From: a virus
Length of the DNA: 64,000 nt
Direction: 5' to 3' (one strand)
IMG/VR virus record: IMGVR_UViG_3300045988_155520
Span: 96,001-160,000 of that record
In this document: piece after piece, positions 38,101 through 45,948 of the stretch
Position numbering within the stretch: the stretch's first letter is position 1
How the letters are laid out: each line of letters starts with the position of its first letter
Notes under the pieces: generated by a model
Databases searched by the model: none
What the model saw: the letters and a program-made list of their open reading frames with translations, nothing else
What the model was told of the DNA's origin: nothing
Translations under genes and position numbers: made by a program

Positions 38101-38526
38101 TTATCGTAAATTTTTCTTTAAATTCTCTTTAATTATATTTGAAATTTGTTTGATAATTGCCTCGTCCATTGAGTGATAAGAGTTATAAATATCATCAATT
38201 TCCATTTTAGTTAAAGCACGTCCTAACTGTTTGGTTTTCTTATCAATTTCCTTATTTGCTTCACGTTCATGTTTATCAACAATAGAACTATTATCTCTAT
38301 TGGAATGAGTATTATTTTGATTTAAATATTCTCTACCTAAAAGTGCACCACCTAAAATAGTTCCACCAACTGCTGTTTGCAGTGCAAGTTTTCCAGTTTC
38401 TTTTCCAACTTTCTTTGCATTTTTCTTAAATTTATCCCATTTCTCACCTTCGTTGAGAATATCATAAACAGTATTTTCGATGAGCTGATGCAACTCTTCT
38501 TCTGTTAACTTAATAGTTTTTTTCAT
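38101..38526 (-). CDS. hypothetical protein, CTS-like N-terminal family (paralog of 18746-19153), one central hydrophobic G-rich segment
   Basis: N-terminus MKKTIKLTEEELHQLIENTVYDILNEG; central LALQTAVGGTILGGALLG. Confidence 0.65.
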   Translation of the reverse strand: MKKTIKLTEEELHQLIENTVYDILNEGEKWDKFKKNAKKVGKETGKLALQTAVGGTILGGALLGREYLNQNNTHSNRDNSSIVDKHEREANKEIDKKTKQLGRALTKMEIDDIYNSYHSMDEAIIKQISNIIKENLKKNLR

Positions 38527-38573
38527 AATAAACTTTTTACCTATTTAATTTTTTCTCTATAACTGGCCTAATC

Positions 38574-38753
38574 TATAATATATTAAATATATAATTAATA
38601 TATATAATATAATAATAATATATAGGCCTATAATAATATTATATATATAAAATAAATATATAATATAAATATATAAATTATATATTAAAAAATATATTAT
38701 AAAAAATTAATATATAAATTAAAAATAAAATATATTATATAATTATTTTTTTA
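38574..38753. repeat. extreme A/T tract (180 nt whose only G/C is one GGCC; 38629-38753 has no G or C)
   Basis: Read directly. Two GGCCTA motifs at 38564 and 38625. TA-rich low-complexity repeats (ATATATAA, TATAAAT) between divergent genes. Confidence 0.9.
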
Positions 38754-38760
38754 GAAAAAA

Positions 38761-38792
38761 TTTGGAAGTCAGTGAAAAATTCTGTATCTTTG
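38761..38792 (+). promoter_or_regulatory. Bacteroidota-type promoter TTTG-N20-TATCTTTG-CA
   Basis: -33 TTTG at 38761-38764 and -7 box at 38785-38792, with exactly 20 nt between them. 30 nt upstream of the ATG at 38823. Confidence 0.7.
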
Positions 38793-38822
38793 CAGCAAGT
38801 TTAACTAATAAAGTTCAAGTCA

Positions 38823-39413
38823 ATGCTTACAGAAGAAATTAAAAGTAAAAATTTAAAATTATTTTTTACTAAATTAGAAGAATTGGGTGTTAACATTCAT
38901 ACTCTTCAAGAGAAGTACGGTGAATTGTTGAAAAATGCTTCATATTCCAATAATTCTTTTGAAGATTTAGCATACGATGGTTCATTGCTTAAAACTGTCT
39001 TATATATGCTTACACCAATTGCTTTGGAAGAAAATGAAACATTTAAGAATTTTAAAGTTGATAAGAATAAACTCATTAAGGTATGTTTACTTCAACATGT
39101 TTCTAAAGCTGTAAGAATGGTTCCCAATAACAATAAATGGGAAATTGAGAATAGAGGTTTTGTGTACAAATATAGAGAAGATAATCCTTCAATTAAGACA
39201 GGTTTACATAGTGTAGCGTTAATGTCTGAATGTAATATTCAATTATCACCAGATGAAATTGAAGCGATGACAATCATAGATAAAGATTGTAATGATACTC
39301 AAAGTTATTTATTTTCATCAATTCTAACGGAAGTTGTCAGAATCGCTAATAGTAAAACTTATCTAATTTCAAGAGAAAGTAAAAAACAGAAAAATGGAGA
39401 AAACAAAAAGTAG
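38823..39413 (+). CDS. hypothetical protein
   Basis: 196-aa ORF, first gene after the promoter; only a weak, degenerate HD-like LLQHVSK. Confidence 0.55.
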   Translation: MLTEEIKSKNLKLFFTKLEELGVNIHTLQEKYGELLKNASYSNNSFEDLAYDGSLLKTVLYMLTPIALEENETFKNFKVDKNKLIKVCLLQHVSKAVRMVPNNNKWEIENRGFVYKYREDNPSIKTGLHSVALMSECNIQLSPDEIEAMTIIDKDCNDTQSYLFSSILTEVVRIANSKTYLISRESKKQKNGENKK

Positions 39414-40050
39414 TCAGGAAGCTTTTAAGGAAGTTCAGAATTTTTTAAGAAATACATCAAGCGGACAAGTTCAGAAAGATGAAATGGAAGTAAAATTTAC
39501 AAAGATTCATCCTAACGCTGTAACACCAGAATATGCACATGATGGTGATGTAGGTATGGATTTATATGCAGTTTCTTACGAATGGGATGAGGAAAACGAT
39601 TTTTACGTATATCATACAGGTCTCAAGATGGAGGCTTTAAACAGAGTTGGCGGTTTTCTTTTTCCACGCAGTTCAAATCGTAAAACAAATTGTTATCTTG
39701 CCAATAGTGTCGGTATCGCTGATATCATGATTTATAGAGGCGAAATAATGCTTTGCTTTAAAGATAGAACATCTTCTGAGGATAGAATTAGACATGCTGG
39801 TTACGAAGCTTTCTTTGAAACAATGTCATATTCAACATTAGAAAAGGCTTTGGTAGAGAAGAAAAATGCTGAAGAGAAGATGAAAGAACGTATTAAGAAT
39901 CTTGAGTTTGCTCCTTATAGAGATTTATCGAAAGCCGTTGGACAGATTGTTATTCTTAACTTTGATAAAGTTAGATTCAACGAAGTTGATAAACTTTCTG
40001 ATAGCGAACGAGGTGAAAATGGATTCGGTTCAACAGATAAGAAGAAATAA
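39394..40050 (+). CDS. dut: dUTP pyrophosphatase (dUTPase) with an insertion
   Basis: HDGDVGMDLYA, FPRSS, GIADIMIYRGEI, and the C-terminal motif 5 RGENGFGSTDKK. Confidence 0.8.
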   Translation: MEKTKSSQEAFKEVQNFLRNTSSGQVQKDEMEVKFTKIHPNAVTPEYAHDGDVGMDLYAVSYEWDEENDFYVYHTGLKMEALNRVGGFLFPRSSNRKTNCYLANSVGIADIMIYRGEIMLCFKDRTSSEDRIRHAGYEAFFETMSYSTLEKALVEKKNAEEKMKERIKNLEFAPYRDLSKAVGQIVILNFDKVRFNEVDKLSDSERGENGFGSTDKKK

Positions 40051-40062
40051 TAAAAATAAATT

Positions 40063-40095
40063 AACGTGGTAGGATTTTCCTATCACGTTTTTTCT
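40063..40095 (+). terminator. intrinsic terminator after dUTPase
   Basis: AACGTGGTAGG-attt-CCTATCACGTT (one G-T pair) followed by a T run. Confidence 0.6.
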
Positions 40096-40136
40096 TGACT
40101 AATAGATAAATAAGTTTATTTTTTATAAAAAAAGAA

Positions 40137-40823
40137 ATGTATGATAAAATAAATGTTGTTATACCATCAAGGTTGCCAATAAGTGAAAAGTATGACTTTG
40201 TTGAAAACCTAAAAGAAACAAGTGAATGTGATATATTTGTTTTTTGGATAGAAAACCCCGTAGGAGAGAGTTTAAGTGTCTTGTATAACGATATATTAGA
40301 TAGCGAGCATATCAATGGAAATATAATCGTATTCATGCATGATGACATTGAAATGTTAAAGAAAGGATGGGGAAAAGAAATTCTAAGATTATTCAATGAA
40401 CATAAAGATTACGGAATTATAGGCGTAGCTGGTTCTGGTCAATTCGATGAAGAATGTGTATGGTGGAATTATCCAGAACGTTATGGTCAAATCTTATATA
40501 GAAGCGAAGGTAAGGAATGGATTGCAGCCTATTCTAAGTTACTTAAGAAAGATTTACAGGAAGTATGTGTCGTTGATGGAGTTTTTATGGCAGTAGATAA
40601 ATCAAGAATCAAGGAATATTTTGATGAAAATATTAAAGGGTGTGTATTGTATGATAATGATTTTTGTCTTGCTAATTATTTGACCAATGAAACAAAAGTA
40701 GGAGTGACAACTAATATACGCTTATGTCATAATTCCAATGACGAAACAAAGCCAGAATGGGATGATAACAAAGAGTACATCATACAGAAATATGAAGATA
40801 AATTTCCAATCATAATAAAATAA
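40137..40823 (+). CDS. glycosyltransferase family 2-like (GT-A) protein
   Basis: N-terminal INVVIPSR, DxD-like FMHDDIE, GVFMAVDK. Confidence 0.5.
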   Translation: MYDKINVVIPSRLPISEKYDFVENLKETSECDIFVFWIENPVGESLSVLYNDILDSEHINGNIIVFMHDDIEMLKKGWGKEILRLFNEHKDYGIIGVAGSGQFDEECVWWNYPERYGQILYRSEGKEWIAAYSKLLKKDLQEVCVVDGVFMAVDKSRIKEYFDENIKGCVLYDNDFCLANYLTNETKVGVTTNIRLCHNSNDETKPEWDDNKEYIIQKYEDKFPIIIK

Positions 40824-40836
40824 AAGTTCATACTCA

Positions 40837-41091
40837 ATGGAAATAAACGTAGAGAAAATAGAAAAGTTACCGCTCAATAAGTTATTTGAGTTAAAAACAA
40901 TTATTAATGAAAGTGTTGTAGAAATGTCAAATAACTTAACTGAATATGCTATGATGCATACTGGTTTTGATTTCAAAAATATGAGTGAAGAAAATAGTAA
41001 AGAATATAGAAAACTCATACAATTTCAAAATTTATTAAGCAAAGTAAAAGAAATAATCAATAACAAAATAATAAAGGAATATTATGTTTAA
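40837..41091 (+). CDS. small hypothetical protein
   Basis: 84-aa ORF. Confidence 0.45.
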   Translation: MEINVEKIEKLPLNKLFELKTIINESVVEMSNNLTEYAMMHTGFDFKNMSEENSKEYRKLIQFQNLLSKVKEIINNKIIKEYYV

Positions 41092-42055
41092 AGCGTTAGG
41101 TAATTGGTTTAGGAATATTTTTTTCTCAATGAAAGCTGGTGAGAAAATGATGAATATAGAAAATACAAATGATAGTAGTATAAGTATCACTCAAACAATA
41201 TCTAAAAATAAGTTGGCTGATGATTTGTTAAAAGAGAAAATCACTCAAGAAGTTGAGAAATTAAGATATTCAATGTATAAAATTGATGAGAAATCAAATG
41301 ATTATAAAGTCAATTTGGATGGAACAGCGGTTAAGAAAAATAAACCCAAGGTAATTAATGGAAAATATAAATTTAATATATTAAACAAGAAGTTAACCGC
41401 AGGTATCGCAGATGAATTGAATAGATTGGATGAATATGATAACGAAAAATTCACCATGGAAATTCAAACAGAATATATTACTCGCTTTAAAATTGAAAAG
41501 TATATTTCATCTGTAGACGTTAATATTGACGATAGCAAGAATATCAAAAAGACTTCTTTACACTTTATTACTATACCAAATGTATATGATGGTAATTCAA
41601 TGCCGTTTATTAATGAATTAAAGAAACTTAAAGATTTACCATTAGACAACGAATATGCTGTATCAAGAAATGAAATTGCAAGTTCTATGATGACTCTTTC
41701 ATTTGTATGTCTTAAAGTTGATGAAGAGTATGATTTTACAAACTATAGTTTCTTAAATCCAAAATTAGTAGCCGTTAAAGAAGTTGATACAGAAATTATC
41801 TTAACGTTTGAATGGGAAGAATATATGCGTAAGGCACTTAATCTAAGTGAAAAGTATTATTCAGAAGAAAGAGAAAAGCAATATCAAAATAATGAGGCTA
41901 AAGAAGCATCTAAAAATCTTCGTGCAATTTTACGTGTTGTAAAGTGTTCTGTATGTGGTAAGGTTTGCCAAATGGATGGTAATGAAGCTAAAATATTTGA
42001 TAATGGACAAGTAATATGCAATGATTGTTTGAAAAAACAGGAAAATAATAATTGA
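41084..42055 (+). CDS. hypothetical protein with C-terminal zinc ribbon
   Basis: CSVCGKVC..(16)..CNDC at the C-terminus; start uncertain. Confidence 0.5.
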   Translation: MFKALGNWFRNIFFSMKAGEKMMNIENTNDSSISITQTISKNKLADDLLKEKITQEVEKLRYSMYKIDEKSNDYKVNLDGTAVKKNKPKVINGKYKFNILNKKLTAGIADELNRLDEYDNEKFTMEIQTEYITRFKIEKYISSVDVNIDDSKNIKKTSLHFITIPNVYDGNSMPFINELKKLKDLPLDNEYAVSRNEIASSMMTLSFVCLKVDEEYDFTNYSFLNPKLVAVKEVDTEIILTFEWEEYMRKALNLSEKYYSEEREKQYQNNEAKEASKNLRAILRVVKCSVCGKVCQMDGNEAKIFDNGQVICNDCLKKQENNN

Positions 42056-42085
42056 TTTAAATAAAATAAATTCTATATTTTTAAT

Positions 42086-42694
42086 ATGAAAACTATAGCA
42101 ATAGAATTAAATCACGTAGTGAGAAATATTAACAAACAGTTGATAAAATATTATAAGCGTAACTTTGATAATTCGTTAGATGATGAAAACATTGATGAAG
42201 TTAAGGAAAACGTAATTGAAAAGTACATTCACTTTGATAGTAAACAAGAATTTCTACAATTCATTTATGAAGACTATCCTTATGAAATATTTGGCTGTGC
42301 AAACCCAATAGAAAGAAATTTGCCAACTAAAATAAATAACTGGATGTATAATCTTACTAATTTTGAAGATGAAGAAATTAATGTGATTTATTATAGTATG
42401 AATGAGGACGCTTTAACCATTCAATCAACTTATTTCTTCCTTAGTAAAATTGGCGCAAGAGTAAGAATGGTTATGTTCCCATCTGATATTAAAGAAGTTT
42501 ATAATATTGCAGATGTTATAGTTACTTCAAATAAAGAATATAGCACAAAATGTCCAAGTGATAAGAAATGTGTTTTAATCAAAAGTAATGGTCTAACCGA
42601 AAAAGATATTGATGAAAACAGTATTTCATATAATTCATTGGAAGAAATGTTCAATGATGAAAATTTCTTAAAAACAATTACATCAAAAGCATAA
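42086..42694 (+). CDS. hypothetical protein
   Basis: 202-aa ORF. N-terminus MKTIAIELNHVV is HAD/NT5C-like in shape but lacks the catalytic Asp pair. Confidence 0.5.
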   Translation: MKTIAIELNHVVRNINKQLIKYYKRNFDNSLDDENIDEVKENVIEKYIHFDSKQEFLQFIYEDYPYEIFGCANPIERNLPTKINNWMYNLTNFEDEEINVIYYSMNEDALTIQSTYFFLSKIGARVRMVMFPSDIKEVYNIADVIVTSNKEYSTKCPSDKKCVLIKSNGLTEKDIDENSISYNSLEEMFNDENFLKTITSKA

Positions 42695-42733
42695 TATCTA
42701 CATAAAATTAGTAGCATATATAAAATAAAAGTT

Positions 42734-43834
42734 ATGAACGAAAAACAGACAAAGGCAATTGAAAAAATTAATTCTGAAATTGAAAGAATTAATAAGAATG
42801 AGAATAAAATATTTTTATTTGTAATTGATACAAAGGGTAATCCAAGCGGAAGTTTATCTTATGTATATAACTTGGCTATGATTCTCCATAAAAATGGTTA
42901 TAACGTTTCTATGTTGCATCAAGAGGAAGAGTTTGTTGGTGTTGGAGAATGGATGCCAGTAGAGTATACAGAGTTACCTCATTACAATATCTCTAAAGAT
43001 GATATTGAAGTAGCACCAAGTGATATTCTTTTCATTCCAGAGATTTTTGCACAAGTTATGAATCAGACAAAGAAACTACCTTGTAAGCGTATCGCCATTC
43101 TACAGAATTATGATTATATGGTTGAACAAATGCCATTTGGAGGACAATGGGGTGACTTTGGTATTATGGAGTGTGTAGTAAACACAAATGAAAATGCTGG
43201 TTTGGTTAAAAGCGTATTCCCTTATGTAAAAACTACAACTATTAAACCATATATTGAAAATATATTTGGTGCTACGGATGAACCTAAGAAGATGATTGTT
43301 AATATCGTTTCACGTAATCAAGAAGATATTAATAAGATTGTAAAACCATTCTATTGGAAGTATCCTGCATTTAAATGGGTTTCATTTAGAGACCTAAGAG
43401 GATTTAGCCGTGAACGCTTCGCAGAATCGCTCAGAGAGGCAGCAATTACTATCTGGGTTGATGATTCTACCAGCTTTGGTTATTCAGCGATTGAGGCAAT
43501 GCAAAGCGGTGCTATCGTTATTGCAAAGATTCCAGATAATAAGTTGGAATGGATGACAGACGAAAATGGTGAGTTCAAGAACTGTTGCGTATGGTTTGAT
43601 GATTTTAACAATGTGCATAAGCAGATTGCAAGCGTAGTACGTTCATGGACTACTGATAAGGTACCAGAGGTAATTTACAAAGAAGCGTCTAAAGTTGGAG
43701 AAAATTACAAGTATGAAACAACTGAGAAAGAGTTTGTAGAATATACAAAGGGAGTTATCGAGAATAGAAAGAAAGAAATGGAAGAATTGTTAATTCAACT
43801 TAATAGTAAAGAAAATAAGGATAAGAATAAATAA
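42734..43834 (+). CDS. glycosyltransferase (GT-B, GT4-like)
   Basis: STSFGYSAIEAMQSGAIVIAK matches the GT4 E.FG...lEAMa.G.PVIa motif. Confidence 0.6.
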   Translation: MNEKQTKAIEKINSEIERINKNENKIFLFVIDTKGNPSGSLSYVYNLAMILHKNGYNVSMLHQEEEFVGVGEWMPVEYTELPHYNISKDDIEVAPSDILFIPEIFAQVMNQTKKLPCKRIAILQNYDYMVEQMPFGGQWGDFGIMECVVNTNENAGLVKSVFPYVKTTTIKPYIENIFGATDEPKKMIVNIVSRNQEDINKIVKPFYWKYPAFKWVSFRDLRGFSRERFAESLREAAITIWVDDSTSFGYSAIEAMQSGAIVIAKIPDNKLEWMTDENGEFKNCCVWFDDFNNVHKQIASVVRSWTTDKVPEVIYKEASKVGENYKYETTEKEFVEYTKGVIENRKKEMEELLIQLNSKENKDKNK

Positions 43835-43838
43835 AAAT

Positions 43839-44633
43839 ATGGAGAATTTAGTTGTTGTAATCCCTGTACATGAGTTTAACGATGAAGTAGGTAAATTGCT
43901 TACTAATGCAATTAATTCAGTACAAGAGAATATTGAAGTACGTGTTTCATGTAAAAAAGGTCTTGAGAGTAAGATTAAGAAGTATTTAAAAGATTGGTCA
44001 GATATTAAGATTATTACGAATGAGAAAAGTGATTTTGCTTCACTTATAAACAATGGTATTAAAAATTCAAAATATTTTTCAATTCTTGAATATGATGACG
44101 AATATACTCCAATCTGGTTTAACAATGTAGAGAAGTATATTGAAACTATGCCAGATGTAAGCGTATTTATCCCATTAACTGATATTGTTGACTTTAATAC
44201 AAAGAAGTTTAGCGGTTGTGGTAATGAAGCACCTTGGGCATCAGCTTTCTCAAATAATATTGGTTTTATTGACAATGATTGTTTGCAGAATTTCTTTGAT
44301 TTCTACATGACTGGTTCAGTGTTTAATACTGACGATTGGAACGAGGTAGGTGGACTTAAGCCGTCAATCAAATTAACTTTCTGGTATGAGTATATGCTTC
44401 GTGCGACAAATAAAGACCAGAAGATTTTTGTTGTACCAAAGGTGGGTTACAATCATTATATGGGAAGAAAGGATAGTTTAACTGAGAACTATCGTGAAAA
44501 TATGTCTAAGGAAGAACAAGAGTTTTGGTTTAAGTTAGCTAAGAAAGAGTATTTCTTCAAAGAAGATAGAAATAAAACTTTTGATAACCAAACTGAAGCC
44601 GAAGATAATGTAGAAGAAGAAAACAAAGACTAA
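43839..44633 (+). CDS. glycosyltransferase family 2 (GT-A)
   Basis: LVVVIPVHEFNDEV..NAINSV and ILEYDDEY (DxD). Confidence 0.6.
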   Translation: MENLVVVIPVHEFNDEVGKLLTNAINSVQENIEVRVSCKKGLESKIKKYLKDWSDIKIITNEKSDFASLINNGIKNSKYFSILEYDDEYTPIWFNNVEKYIETMPDVSVFIPLTDIVDFNTKKFSGCGNEAPWASAFSNNIGFIDNDCLQNFFDFYMTGSVFNTDDWNEVGGLKPSIKLTFWYEYMLRATNKDQKIFVVPKVGYNHYMGRKDSLTENYRENMSKEEQEFWFKLAKKEYFFKEDRNKTFDNQTEAEDNVEEENKD

Positions 44634-44654
44634 TTTTCTATAATTTTTAAAAGT

Positions 44655-44686
44655 AAGTGGTGTTGTTTGTGGAAATGACACCACTT
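44655..44686 (+). terminator. hairpin after the glycosyltransferase block (weak T tail)
   Basis: AAGTGGTGT-14 nt-ACACCACTT. Confidence 0.4.
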
Positions 44687-44798
44687 ATGTTTAAAGAGCG
44701 ACACGAAGATTTCATAAAGAAATGTGTTAGGAAGTGTGCATTACGTACAAAAAATATGCTCTCAAAAATATAATAAGACATTTCCTACAACTAATAAG

Positions 44799-45536
44799 AT
44801 GGCAAAAAGAGGAAGAAAACCATCCGCTAAGAGAAAAGGATATTTTTACGAAGAACAGGAAGAAGCGGTGGTTAATTATATTAACTCAAATAGTAACAAA
44901 GAAAAAAATCAAATCTTTAATACAATTCTTTTACCAGCATTTACCAAAATGATAGAATCTATTATTAGAAGATATAATTTATATCCTGCTGATGAAGAGT
45001 TTAGTGATACGTTTAATGATACTATATCTTTCTTGATGACAAAGATATATAACTTTAAACCTGAACAAAATAAAAAAGCTTATTCATATTGTGGAACAAT
45101 TTGTAAAAACTACTTAATGGGTAGAATTAATCAGGATATCAAGAATCAAAAAAGAGTTGACCACTACGATTATTTCAACGCTGACCTAACAGATAGTTTA
45201 AAGCATTCTTATCAAGATGGAAATTCAAAATTAACATATCTAAATGAATTAATGGGTGATACTGTACTCAAAATCGGAAGAATTATTGATGATAAAGAAA
45301 AGTTAAGATTGAATGAGAATGAAACTAAAGTAGGAAAAGCACTTATTAACCTAATGACTAATTGGGAAGATTTGTTTATCCAAATGGGTAGTGATAAGTT
45401 TAATAAGAGTTCTATACTTTTGTTTTTAAAGGAAACTACTAACCTTGGTACAAAAGAAATTAGAGATGGGATGAAACGTTATAAAGCAATATATTACGAT
45501 ACCAAGAAAAAGATGATTGATACTATTTATATGTAA
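44799..45536 (+). CDS. late-transcription sigma-like factor (T4 gp55-like)
   Basis: First ATG gives MAKRGRKPS. IFNTILLPAFTKMIESIIRRYNLY...YNFKPEQNKKAYSYCGTICKNYLMGRINQD parallels gp55 IGLAIMLIAEGLSKRFNF...[30 protein letters not shown]. Confidence 0.5.
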   Translation: MAKRGRKPSAKRKGYFYEEQEEAVVNYINSNSNKEKNQIFNTILLPAFTKMIESIIRRYNLYPADEEFSDTFNDTISFLMTKIYNFKPEQNKKAYSYCGTICKNYLMGRINQDIKNQKRVDHYDYFNADLTDSLKHSYQDGNSKLTYLNELMGDTVLKIGRIIDDKEKLRLNENETKVGKALINLMTNWEDLFIQMGSDKFNKSSILLFLKETTNLGTKEIRDGMKRYKAIYYDTKKKMIDTIYM

Positions 45537-45546
45537 ACAATATTTT

Positions 45547-45945
45547 ATGGGAAAACTCAAGATTGAAATCAATAACGTACAGAATATTAAAGATTTATTA
45601 CAAGAAACATATCGTTTAGCCGATGAACAAATTACACAGGCACAAAACGAGATAAACAAACTCGCAAATGCAACACAACTTCAAAACGAGGTAATGGATG
45701 CTAAAGGTAAATATGCAAAGGCAATGAATGATTTTATGGGTATCAAAGATAAAGCAATCGCAAAAAAATTAGATATTGCAAAACTTCTTACTGATATATA
45801 TCAGCATAACGGTGACGTTAAGGGTGCACTTAGTGATGAAAACGCAAGTGTAATGGGTAGTTTCGATATAAAAGCAATCCGTAAAACAATAGACGAAGAA
45901 TATAGTAAAAAAGAGAAAACTAAAACTATTGAATTAAAAAAATAA
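45547..45945 (+). CDS. hypothetical coiled-coil protein
   Basis: First ATG gives MGKLKIEINN; the track start is TTG. Confidence 0.5.
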   Translation: MGKLKIEINNVQNIKDLLQETYRLADEQITQAQNEINKLANATQLQNEVMDAKGKYAKAMNDFMGIKDKAIAKKLDIAKLLTDIYQHNGDVKGALSDENASVMGSFDIKAIRKTIDEEYSKKEKTKTIELKK

Positions 45946-45948
45946 TAT

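Noticed and set aside
38574-38753. Possible CRISPR array or tandem minisatellite in the A/T tract
   Set aside because: There is no repeat-spacer periodicity and no defined repeat unit of 20 nt or more, only TA-rich low complexity. No cas genes are present.
38823-39413. HD-domain phosphohydrolase assignment
   Set aside because: Only a degenerate LLQHVSK resembles the LLHDIGK motif. The first His and the other metal ligands could not be identified.
42086-42694. HAD/5'-deoxynucleotidase assignment
   Set aside because: The N-terminus IAIELNHVV mimics the DxDGV motif, but both catalytic Asp positions are replaced (E, N). The evidence is too weak to call.
44687-44773. Short ORF (MFKERHEDFIKKCVRKCALRTKNMLSKI) or regulatory RNA in the relatively G+C-rich spacer upstream of the sigma-like gene
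   Set aside because: It has no promoter and no conservation evidence. It overlaps the discarded GTG extension of the sigma-like ORF.
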